Shown here one piece after another: positions 26,613 through 34,423 of a DNA stretch of 42,369 bases (positions are counted from its first letter, which is position 1; each line of letters starts with the position of its first letter). This stretch comes from a virus: the IMG/VR virus record IMGVR_UViG_3300045988_054763, one strand, 5' to 3'. The notes beneath the pieces are model-generated. The model saw nothing but the letters and a program-made list of their open reading frames with translations, did no database searches and was not told the DNA's origin. The translations under genes were made by a program, and so were the position numbers.

Positions 26613-27380
26613 ATGTCTCTTTCTGACGGCGGCGTTCAGGCCACTATGCCTGTTGCGCCAACCGGCATGATGAACAGCGGCTTTGGCGGCTTCGGCGGCG
26701 ATGGCGCGTGGTGGATCATCATTCTTTTCCTGTTTGTTTTCTGCGGCTGGGGCGGCAACGGCTGGGGAAACAACGGCAATTCCGGCGGCGTGGTCGACGG
26801 CTACGTGCTGACCTCTGATTTTGCCAATGTCGAGCGCAAGATCGAGAGTGTAAATCAGGGTCTTTGCGACGGATTTTACCAGCAGGCGCAGCTTGTCAAC
26901 GGCACCAACATGGCGATGGCAAACGGCTTTGCACAAGCCGAGCTTTCCCGCAGCAACCAGCAGGCGGCGCTGATGCAGCAGCTCAACGCCATGCAGATGC
27001 AGGCCGCTGATTGTTGCTGCGAAAACCGTGCAGCTATCGCCCAGGTGCGCTACGACATGGCGACGCAGGCGTGCGACACGCGCAACACCGTGCAGAACGC
27101 CACGCGCGACATCATTGACGCGATGAATTGCGGCTTCCGTAGCATCGACCAGCGTATGACCGCGCAGGAGATCGCCGCGAAGGACGCGAAGATTGCTGAA
27201 CAGAACCAGCAGCTCTTTGCGGCACAGCTGGCAGCTTCTCAGGCGGCGCAGAATGATACGCTCAAATCTTACGTGAGCGGTCAGTTTGCGTATTACAACC
27301 CGCGCCCCGTTCCTTCGTTTTCCGTTCCGGCCCCTTATCAGTATACCGGGTGCGGCTGCGGCTGCGGTTGCGGCTGTTAA
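26613..27380 (+). CDS. Gly-rich membrane protein with a Gln-rich coiled coil and a C-terminal (Gly-Cys)5 tail
   Basis: GFGGFGGDGAWWIIILFLFVFCGWGGNGWGNNGNSGG..., an internal CCC, and it ends TGCGCGCGCGC*. Confidence 0.6.
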   Translation: MSLSDGGVQATMPVAPTGMMNSGFGGFGGDGAWWIIILFLFVFCGWGGNGWGNNGNSGGVVDGYVLTSDFANVERKIESVNQGLCDGFYQQAQLVNGTNMAMANGFAQAELSRSNQQAALMQQLNAMQMQAADCCCENRAAIAQVRYDMATQACDTRNTVQNATRDIIDAMNCGFRSIDQRMTAQEIAAKDAKIAEQNQQLFAAQLAASQAAQNDTLKSYVSGQFAYYNPRPVPSFSVPAPYQYTGCGCGCGCGC

Positions 27381-27436
27381 GTGTTGATAAATGCAAATAC
27401 TCGTGCTATACTTGATGTATAGAAAGGGGTGTTTGC

Positions 27437-28276
27437 ATGGGAAAATCAATTGACTTGACGGGCAAAAGATATGGGAAGCTGACTGTTATTGAGAAAACTG
27501 ACGCACGTGATTCTGCTGGGTGTATAATGTGGAAGTGTCGGTGCGATTGTGGCAATGAAAAAAAATATTCCACAAATTCCTTAAACAGAGGGCTTGTTAC
27601 AAGTTGCGGATGCGGCCAAATCAAGTTGGAAGATTTGACCGGGAAAAGATTTGGGCGCCTTACCGTTGTCGAGTTGGACAAATATTCGCCCAAAAGTCAC
27701 GGAACAAGATGGTTGTGCAAATGCGATTGCGGGAAACAAAAAACCATTCTCGCTTCTTGCTTGAAGCGTGGATTAACTACGTCTTGCGGATGCTTTTCTT
27801 CTGAACAGAAGTCTAAGCGCACAAAAACGCATGGGTTTGGGAATGAGGACCGGCTTTATCGCATATGGAGCAACATGAAATCGAGATGTTATTCTCAAGC
27901 AGATCGCAACTTCAAACGATACGGGGCCAGAGGTATAGACATATGCCAAGAATGGCGAACAGATTTTTTGAAGTTTCGAGAATGGGCCGTTGCTAACGGC
28001 TATCAAGACAGATTGTCCATTGACCGCATTGACAACAACATGGGATATAGCCCCGATAATTGCCGCTGGACAGATACGATTACTCAAAACAACAACCGTC
28101 GCACAAATGTTCACATTACCTATTGTGGGGAAACGCATACAACTGCTGAATGGTCTAAAATAACAGGCATAAAACCAGCAACGCTTGTTTCTCGCAAAGC
28201 ACATGGCTGGAGCGACGAAGAGTGCATTGAGGTTCCCATATCGCAAAGCAACAATCAAACAACACGAAAAAAATAA
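27437..28276 (+). CDS. HNH-like / homing-endonuclease-like DNA-binding protein with duplicated Cys modules
   Basis: Two LTGKR[YF]G[KR]LTV...C[RK]CDCG...TSCGC modules, then SIDRIDNNMGYSPDNCRWT (an HNH_3-like core lacking the first His) and a C-terminal HTH-like TTAEWSKITGIKPATLVSR. AT-rich. Confidence 0.5.
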   Translation: MGKSIDLTGKRYGKLTVIEKTDARDSAGCIMWKCRCDCGNEKKYSTNSLNRGLVTSCGCGQIKLEDLTGKRFGRLTVVELDKYSPKSHGTRWLCKCDCGKQKTILASCLKRGLTTSCGCFSSEQKSKRTKTHGFGNEDRLYRIWSNMKSRCYSQADRNFKRYGARGIDICQEWRTDFLKFREWAVANGYQDRLSIDRIDNNMGYSPDNCRWTDTITQNNNRRTNVHITYCGETHTTAEWSKITGIKPATLVSRKAHGWSDEECIEVPISQSNNQTTRKK

Positions 28277-28409
28277 ACTGCATAGCATAGCTTCTCGGTC
28301 ACCATATTGGTGACGTTACCGAGATGGTCGGCCCCGTGCCGATACTGACACCAACGCGGCGGGGCTATTGCCTCGCCGCTGTATTTTAATTGCCTCGATT
28401 TCGAGGCAT

Positions 28410-28850
28410 ATGAAAGGACTGATTATTTTGGCAGAGTACACAAACGCGAATATTGTGAGCGTAGCCGCAGGCCAGAACGTTCCCCTGACCGAAACGGCGG
28501 TCAATAGCAAGCCCTGTATTGTGCATAGAGAAGGAAGCGGCCAGATCACGCTGCGCGGCATCACCAATCAAAACCGCGCCCTGTTTCGGGTCTCCTTTGG
28601 CGGCAACATCGCTATTCCCACCGGAGGCACGGTCGAGGCCATCACGGCGGCGCTTGCCATCAACGGAGAGCCGCTGACCAGTGCAACGGCGACTGTCACG
28701 CCCGCGGCGGTAGGAAACTACTTTAATATTTATGTTTCCGCGCAGGTCTGCGTCCCGAAAGGCTGCTGCCTGACGGTCGCAATGGAAAACACCAGCACTC
28801 AGGCCGTCAACTTCGCGAACTCGAATCTGACGGTTGAGAGAATCGCGTGA
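28410..28850 (+). CDS. Beta-sandwich protein, possibly C1q/TNF-like (BclA C-terminal-domain-like)
   Basis: AEYTNANIVSVAAGQNVPL...FRVSFGGNIAIPTGGTVEAITAALAINGEPL...CVPKGCCLTVAMENTS. The start is uncertain (ATG 28410 or TTG 28428). Confidence 0.4.
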   Translation: MKGLIILAEYTNANIVSVAAGQNVPLTETAVNSKPCIVHREGSGQITLRGITNQNRALFRVSFGGNIAIPTGGTVEAITAALAINGEPLTSATATVTPAAVGNYFNIYVSAQVCVPKGCCLTVAMENTSTQAVNFANSNLTVERIA

Positions 28851-28863
28851 AAGGAGAATGGAC

Positions 28864-29307
28864 ATGAGTAAGAAAGCAATGTATGAGCTTCGCAATATGC
28901 TTTGCGAAGAACTTGACGAGCTGGCTCGCAAGGGCGACCTGGGCGCGGGCGACCTTGAGATCGCGCACAAGCTGACCGACACCATCAAGAACATCGACAA
29001 GATCGAGATGATGGAGGACGACGGTTACTCTCGCGACGGAGACTATTCGCGTCGCTATTCCCGCGATGGCGATTATTCCCGCGATGGCGATTATTCTCGC
29101 GGCGGCGACTGGCAGGCCGATATGCGCGGCACTTACGGCAGGGGGAACTCCTATGCTCGCCGCGGCACGCATTACGTCCGCGGGCACTACAGCCGTGCCG
29201 ACAGCATGGAGCACCTGCGCGAGCAGATCAACGACATGATGCGCGAGACGGACGATGACCGCGTAAAGGAAGCGCTGCGGCGTGCCGCGAGCCTGATGGA
29301 GGGCTAA
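28864..29307 (+). CDS. Protein with tandem YSRDGD repeats
   Basis: RBS aaaggag. DDGYSRDGDYSRRYSRDGDYSRDGDYSRGGD is encoded by 18-nt tandem repeats. Confidence 0.6.
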   Translation: MSKKAMYELRNMLCEELDELARKGDLGAGDLEIAHKLTDTIKNIDKIEMMEDDGYSRDGDYSRRYSRDGDYSRDGDYSRGGDWQADMRGTYGRGNSYARRGTHYVRGHYSRADSMEHLREQINDMMRETDDDRVKEALRRAASLMEG

Positions 29308-29322
29308 AGGGGGTGCAACCCC

Positions 29323-29658
29323 GTGGTAGACGAAAACGAGGTCAAGCTGTGGATATCGCGGCTTGAGACGGAGGAATCGAGCTGGCCCAATTACCAGAAG
29401 CTGGCGGCGCTGTACATCATCCAAAATCAAAACGCGCCCAAAGAACCGGAAAGGCCGATGCTGTATTCGGCGGCTCCCGCGCCGGTCAAGACCTATGCGT
29501 CTGAAACGGTAGGCAGCTACGGCGACAGCGATTTTTTGCGGGCCGTCTCTAACATGGCTCCAGCAAGAGCGTGGGAGGTCATGGACGAGCTGATGGACAG
29601 CCTTAAAATCGTCAACGAGCGCGTGTACAACAGCGTGATGCGGAAGCTCGAAAAATGA
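29323..29658 (+). CDS. Hypothetical protein
   Basis: GTG start after aagggggtg. Last gene before the terminator and attP. Confidence 0.45.
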   Translation: MVDENEVKLWISRLETEESSWPNYQKLAALYIIQNQNAPKEPERPMLYSAAPAPVKTYASETVGSYGDSDFLRAVSNMAPARAWEVMDELMDSLKIVNERVYNSVMRKLEK

Positions 29659-29660
29659 GA

Positions 29661-29692
29661 ACACCCCCGTCGCAAGACGGGGGTGTCCTTTT
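29661..29692 (+). terminator. Intrinsic terminator of the cargo operon
   Basis: acacccccgtc-gcaa-gacgggggtgt followed by ccttttg. Confidence 0.75.
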
Positions 29693-29693
29693 G

Positions 29694-29733
29694 GGCATAG
29701 TTTACCTTTGGGAACACGAAGGTCAAATATGCC
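29694..29733. other. Candidate attP core for the serine integrase
   Basis: An imperfect inverted repeat in a 19-2-19 layout: ggcatagtttacctttggg AA cacgaaggtcaaatatgcc, with 15 of 19 arm positions complementary. It abuts the int stop codon. Confidence 0.4.
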
Positions 29734-31034
29734 TAACGTGGCGTTACAAAAAACGCGCCGTCGTCATCTGCGTCAATTCTCCGAATAAAGCGCGTCCAGA
29801 ATTCCTTTTTCTCTTCCCGGGAGTAAGTGTCATATTCAGCAAGTCCATTTCGCAGCGCGTCAAGGTTTGTCTTCGGCTTTTCCTCTACCGCTTCAAGGGA
29901 TTTTTTCAAGCTCGCATACTCCCGCTTGTATTCGTCCAACTCGATCAAATCATTCAGATAAAGCGTTTTTAGCTTGCTCATTTTCTTTCGTATCGCGTCC
30001 GCGCTTTGCGTGGCCTTTTTTTCTGCCTTTTTATAATAGCGATTATTTCGCTCAGCAATCCCCTCAAGCTCATGCAATAAATAATCTTCCAGCGCGTCTT
30101 CGCGAATCCTCTTTTTGTGTTGGCACGCGGAGTTGTCAAGCATTCGCGTCCGGCATCGGTAGTAGGTATAAATCTGCTTTGCCGTTTCCGACTGCATCGT
30201 TTTCCCACACTCTTTGCAATGTAATAAGCCGGAGAACAGATAAACGCGATCTGTCTCAACTCCTGCGCAGCGCTGCGACCGCTGGCGGAGGATATCATTT
30301 ACAATGTCAAAATCCTGCTTGCTTATTAGTGCGGGGCAAGCGTTTTCAATACCGTACACCTCGCCGATATAAAGCCGGTTGCGGAAATAGTTTACATATT
30401 TGGTATATGCCCGGTCAATCTTCCACGTCTCGAGCATATACTTTTTTACGCCAAGCACGCTTTGCAGTCTGATGTACGCCGCAAACATATCTCGTGCGGC
30501 ATCTACCGTGCCGTTATCAATCTGGTATTGCCTGTCCTTGACGATATACCCTAAAGGCGCTTTTGACCCTGCCGGTTGGCCTTTTGCCCGTTTGCCGTCG
30601 TTGATAAATTTGATTCGCTCGCTTGTGCGGTCGGCCTCGTCCTGCGCGACGGAAAGCATAATGTTGACCTTTAATCTCCCGGACGCGGTGCGCGTCTCGT
30701 AGTCCTCTTCCGTCGCTTGCCACGTCACGCCGTATTTGTCCAGCTGCGTCTGTACATCGTAGTACCCGGCAACGTTTCGAAACCAGCGATCGAGCTTGAT
30801 AAACAAGATCGTGTCTACCGTCCCTGCTTTGCAATCGTCCAGCAGACGCAGAAGCGCAGGACGCTTTTTATACGGCTTTCGCGCGGAGATGCCAGCGTCC
30901 TCATATATGCCCACCACGGTCATTTTATTCGCTTTTGCGTACCTTGTCAGCGTGTCCCGTTGCTCTTGCAGGGACAAGCCATGCCGCGCCTGCTCCTCGC
31001 TCGAGACGCGGATATACAATGCCACTCTCATCAT
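29733..31034 (-). CDS. int: Large serine recombinase (integrase)
   Basis: Resolvase N-terminus MMRVALYIRVSSEEQ...GLSLQEQ, a recombinase domain, and a zinc ribbon LLHCKECGKTM...YYRC. Confidence 0.9.
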   Translation of the reverse strand: MMRVALYIRVSSEEQARHGLSLQEQRDTLTRYAKANKMTVVGIYEDAGISARKPYKKRPALLRLLDDCKAGTVDTILFIKLDRWFRNVAGYYDVQTQLDKYGVTWQATEEDYETRTASGRLKVNIMLSVAQDEADRTSERIKFINDGKRAKGQPAGSKAPLGYIVKDRQYQIDNGTVDAARDMFAAYIRLQSVLGVKKYMLETWKIDRAYTKYVNYFRNRLYIGEVYGIENACPALISKQDFDIVNDILRQRSQRCAGVETDRVYLFSGLLHCKECGKTMQSETAKQIYTYYRCRTRMLDNSACQHKKRIREDALEDYLLHELEGIAERNNRYYKKAEKKATQSADAIRKKMSKLKTLYLNDLIELDEYKREYASLKKSLEAVEEKPKTNLDALRNGLAEYDTYSREEKKEFWTRFIRRIDADDDGAFFVTPR

Positions 31035-31447
31035 AGCCCCCTCCAAAATCCGTAATCTACACAATGAAAATCAATGTACACACACCACGCAGCGAGAAGA
31101 GCGATAATAACAAACATTACAGCAATCGCGCCGTTGCGGATATGGACACCGCGCCGCATGATCTCAATGGTATCGGCCTTTGCGTCAACATGGCGTTCCA
31201 GCTCATCGTTGCGCGCTTGCAAAGTTTCCTCGGTCGGCGTCAGGTGTTCGGAAATCCCGAACGCCTCATCAAGCGATATTCCAAGCGCTTTGCAGATCGG
31301 CGCAACGGTGTAGATCGACGGAGCTTTAGAAAACTTGGAAAAGAAGTTCTGCACGGTGGACAGCGGAACGCCGGAAACGTCGGAAATTTCCTGATAGGTC
31401 AGTTTCAATTCTTCTTTACGGATTCTACACACTTCTTGAATATTCAT
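31031..31447 (-). CDS. XRE-family HTH protein with a C-terminal transmembrane anchor
   Basis: HTH KLTYQEISDVSGVPLSTVQNFFS and TM segment GAIAVMFVIIALLAAWCVYI. Its stop overlaps the int start (cTATGATG). Confidence 0.7.
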   Translation of the reverse strand: MNIQEVCRIRKEELKLTYQEISDVSGVPLSTVQNFFSKFSKAPSIYTVAPICKALGISLDEAFGISEHLTPTEETLQARNDELERHVDAKADTIEIMRRGVHIRNGAIAVMFVIIALLAAWCVYIDFHCVDYGFWRGL

Positions 31448-31612
31448 TTATGCCACCTTAATTTTTTCCGATTTTCGCGCCGCAAAGTCGCAAGATGAGG
31501 TCTTGTCGAGCCATGTCGAACGCTGTTTTATTGCAATGTTTCGGTGTTGAATTGCCAAGGTAAAGAGGAGTATGGTCAAAACATGCAGCGGCGACCGCTT
31601 CTCGCTGGCTGC

Positions 31613-31651
31613 AAAAAGGCCCCGCCGTTTGTTGCAGAGGGCGGCGGGGCC
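31613..31651 (-). terminator. Intrinsic terminator downstream of the 336-aa gene
   Basis: A 10-bp perfect stem ggccccgccg/cggcggggcc, with a T-run on the minus strand (AAAAA at 31613-17). Confidence 0.75.
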
Positions 31652-31679
31652 GATCTAAGCTATACCGTCTTGCAACTTT

Positions 31680-32690
31680 TCAATTCTCCCGCTCTTCCCA
31701 TTCTGCGACCTCATCTAATGATTTAGGGATGGTATACCCCGCATCCTCAATCTTTTGTGCCAGTTTTTGATAATTTGTTGTGTTACCGTTTCGCATGCGA
31801 GAAAAGCCAGAAAGAGATTTTGGGAAGTCGTCGGGGAATTTAGGCTTGAACCAATAATAAATAATATGATTTAGATTCGGCTCATTGATCGGATTGTAAG
31901 ACTTTTCAACACGTTCTAACCAAAGTCTATAATTTTTCTTTTCTTCTTCCGTTCGGTCATCACGAAACGGTCGTTTGCTATACAGAGATGGACTAATGCA
32001 TTTGAAAGACGGCTCGGAAACACCATCAATATAGGCAAATATCCCAAGGGCACATTGAAAATGAAAATCATCTGGGAACTTTGGGAACTTCCAACTTTTC
32101 CCAGATAAGCTATATATTCGTCTCCGGTACTTCGCGCAAATTTCACAGCACGCGCTTGAATCGCCAACCTCTACTAAATCAGTTTTAAGTCTTTTACACG
32201 ATTCAAGCGTTCTTGCAAATGCGTCTTTTGCATAGTTTTCCGGAGATTCTGTATGGGCATCTATCCAGTCTTTCCACTCTTTTGCTTTTTTGAATCGCCC
32301 TAACTCAATGTAATAGTTGACGACCCTATAAAAGTCTTTTCGCTCCCACCCAAGAGTGGAATATGTCATCAACTGGCAAGATTTTTCAAGGCAAGCCATT
32401 GATAGCTGGTAATCTCCGGTATTCCACAGAAAACCAGCGTGCATTCTCAACACATATTCAAGATATCCTGTTGGGCCTAACTCTTTTGAAGGTGGTACAT
32501 TGCGTACTTTTGTATAGTCAGGAATGGCGATAGAATAAATCGATTGCTTATCGGTCAAATCGTATTTTATTCCATCAGACACTATATCAGTCGCCGCGTT
32601 GATCTTATCGCGCACGTCGTAATACGATTGATTTGGTTCCGGAAACAACTCCACAACGCGGCCGTGCTCAAAATATACGGTAATTGGCAT
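31680..32690 (-). CDS. Orphan 336-aa protein, AT-rich moron in the lysogeny module
   Basis: A long clean ORF with its own AT-rich upstream region (tataat, RBS taggtga) and terminator. I recognise no family. It has a TPR-like helix pair (FYRVVNYYIELGRFKKAKEW) and a Cys/His cluster (SSACCEICAKY...HFQC). Confidence 0.7.
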   Translation of the reverse strand: MPITVYFEHGRVVELFPEPNQSYYDVRDKINAATDIVSDGIKYDLTDKQSIYSIAIPDYTKVRNVPPSKELGPTGYLEYVLRMHAGFLWNTGDYQLSMACLEKSCQLMTYSTLGWERKDFYRVVNYYIELGRFKKAKEWKDWIDAHTESPENYAKDAFARTLESCKRLKTDLVEVGDSSACCEICAKYRRRIYSLSGKSWKFPKFPDDFHFQCALGIFAYIDGVSEPSFKCISPSLYSKRPFRDDRTEEEKKNYRLWLERVEKSYNPINEPNLNHIIYYWFKPKFPDDFPKSLSGFSRMRNGNTTNYQKLAQKIEDAGYTIPKSLDEVAEWEEREN

Positions 32691-32848
32691 ATCAAATTCA
32701 CCTAATTTTATATTTTAAATTATATTGGATCAATTAAAAATTAGTGCTATACTAATCCGCGATAGAACACTTGTTTTATTATATGAGAGCGAACGGAGGG
32801 AAGAGAGGATGACGACGGTAGAGGAATTGATTATTACAATTTCGAGAT

Positions 32849-33214
32849 TTACTCCCCAGCAACTTGACCTTTTTCGATCTGCTGCGCAACAGATAGTAGA
32901 GCAGCGGCAAGGTCAGGATTTGATTCGCAAATCCGAATGAGCTTTTGAATATCTTCGGGCAATTCAGAAATGAGCGCTTCACCATCGGTGGGGCGCTCTT
33001 TTTTTGCGGCTTTATCGGCTACAGAATAAGAAATTGAAATCCCCAAATATTCTTCAATAGTTTTAATATTAGCAGCAGAGGGGAAATAGATGTTATTTCT
33101 CCACTGTGAAAATGTTGCGCTTGATATTTTTGTTGCAGCATAAAATTCCGCCTTTTTTATATGTCGAGCAACGAGCTCGCGTTCGACGATATCAACAAGC
33201 GTAGGACCGTCCAA
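32849..33214 (-). CDS. CI-like repressor (XRE HTH)
   Basis: HIKKAEFYAATKISSATFSQWRNNIYFPSAANIKTIEEYLGISISY, divergent from the cro-like gene. Probable TTG start at 33214 after aagggagg. The upstream part of the ORF is occupied by a + strand promoter. Confidence 0.65.
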   Translation of the reverse strand: MDGPTLVDIVERELVARHIKKAEFYAATKISSATFSQWRNNIYFPSAANIKTIEEYLGISISYSVADKAAKKERPTDGEALISELPEDIQKLIRICESNPDLAAALLSVAQQIEKGQVAGE

Positions 33215-33271
33215 AATATTAAGCCTCCCTTTGTACAAACCGCCGAAACTGCACAAAATGCAAAGTTCAAC

Positions 33272-33300
33272 TTGACATATTAAGCTGAGCTTAGTATAAT
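33272..33300 (+). promoter_or_regulatory. Early rightward promoter (consensus)
   Basis: TTGACA (33272-77), a 17-nt spacer, then TATAAT (33295-300). Confidence 0.7.
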
Positions 33301-33434
33301 GCGAGCATAGGGCAATAAAAAGCAAGCCCCCTTGATACTTAGCGGACTGTCGAAATTATTAGTTTGTTGGCACTTCTTATAATATCACGGTTCGCTAAGT
33401 TGTCAAGCAAAACTTAGTATTTGGAGGTGAAAAT

Positions 33435-33626
33435 ATGAGTTTTCGAAGCGCTCGTCATAAAGCTGGATTCAGCGTCCAGCAAGTAGCGGACGCGCTGAAA
33501 ATCTCCGACGTAGCCGTGTATTACTGGGAGACCGGTCAGCAGGCCCCCCGCGCAAGCCGTCTGCCGGAGGTCGCCGCGCTCTACGGCTGCACGGTGGACG
33601 AGCTTTTGAAGCCTGATGAAAAGTAA
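33435..33626 (+). CDS. Cro-like XRE HTH protein
   Basis: GFSVQQVADALKISDVAVYYWETGQQAPRASRLPEVAALYGCTVDELL. RBS ggaggtg. Confidence 0.75.
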   Translation: MSFRSARHKAGFSVQQVADALKISDVAVYYWETGQQAPRASRLPEVAALYGCTVDELLKPDEK

Positions 33627-33643
33627 AGGAGGAAGGAGGACGC

Positions 33644-34087
33644 ATGATTTTTGCAGCATGGAAAAGCGGCTGCCGCATTTCCGCCGACGCGCAAAAGGTC
33701 GCTGACGAAATCTTGGCAATCGGCAGCTCCGCAACGACCGCCCAAATCCTCGACAAGGCGAGGGACGAGCAGACGGAACTGCACAAGTGCTTTGATTGGA
33801 ACGATGCAGAAGCCGCCGAGAAGTGGCGTTTGCAGCAGGCGCGGCACATCGTTTGTAACCTGGTTATCAAGGAGAAGAGCGATACACCCCGCCCCGAGGT
33901 TCGCGTGTTCTTTAAGACAGACACGGATAGCGGCTATAAGCCGACCGTCCTTATCATGCAGGATAAGGACGAATATCGGAAACTGCTCGACCTCGCTTTA
34001 GCGGAGCTGAACAGTTTCAAGGCGAAGTACAAAACACTGGTGGAGCTTGACGGCGTGTTTGACGCCATCGACAAGGTAGCCGGATAG
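33644..34087 (+). CDS. Hypothetical early protein
   Basis: ORF of 147 aa with an RBS (aaggaggaaggagg). Confidence 0.55.
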   Translation: MIFAAWKSGCRISADAQKVADEILAIGSSATTAQILDKARDEQTELHKCFDWNDAEAAEKWRLQQARHIVCNLVIKEKSDTPRPEVRVFFKTDTDSGYKPTVLIMQDKDEYRKLLDLALAELNSFKAKYKTLVELDGVFDAIDKVAG

Positions 34088-34094
34088 CAAAACG

Positions 34095-34403
34095 GCGGTA
34101 AGCGGAAACAGGGGCGCGTAGCTCCGAGTATAAAAAATAGCATGAGAAAATTAAGCTAACTATATTACGAAACAGCAAAATTCACTACAAAACATCACAC
34201 TACACGCTTCTGTTTCTGCTTACCGCAGACGATAGTACATGACCGCGCATAACAACAAATTACCCGACAGAACAAAACAACATCGTGCGCTTGCTGTGGC
34301 TTATGGCCGCAAAGAATTATTTAATACACACAACATTACTACAGAGAAGATTACTACAGAACAGCAAATGACAGTACAACGTAAGCCACAGCAAGCGCAC
34401 GAG
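34095..34403 (+). ncRNA. Structured leader or ncRNA: two long-stem hairpins with G-poor CA-rich loops
   Basis: Stem 1 pairs 34095-34111 with 34210-34226 (17 bp, one G-U). Stem 2 pairs 34283-34305 with 34380-34402 (23 bp, one U-G). The wobbles pair only in the + sense. Confidence 0.5.
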
Positions 34404-34423
34404 TATCAAGGAGGAAATGAAAG

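Noticed and set aside
32809-32940. A + strand ORF (MTTVEELIITISRFTPQQLDLFRSAAQQIVEQRQGQDLIRKSE) with a plausible RBS.
   Set aside because: It overlaps about 90 nt of the C-terminus of the convergent cI-like gene, whose reading (LPEDIQKLIRICESNPDLAAALLSVAQQIEK) looks more protein-like and is contiguous with an HTH domain. Only one of the two is likely to be real.
33215-33325. An upstream extension of the cI-like ORF to ATG 33325.
   Set aside because: The extension is hydrophobic and Cys-rich and is occupied by the consensus + strand promoter. An aagggagg RBS precedes the TTG at 33214.
22861-34105. An identical 11-mer gcggtaagcgg occurs both in the TA locus hairpin (22874-84) and in stem 1 of the 34.1-kb leader (34095-105).
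   Set aside because: Many chance 11-mer coincidences are expected within a sequence of this length, and no extended similarity surrounds it.
34095-34403. A retron msr/msd-like interpretation of the long inverted repeats.
   Set aside because: No reverse transcriptase gene is present anywhere in the genome, and there is no conserved branching-G context.
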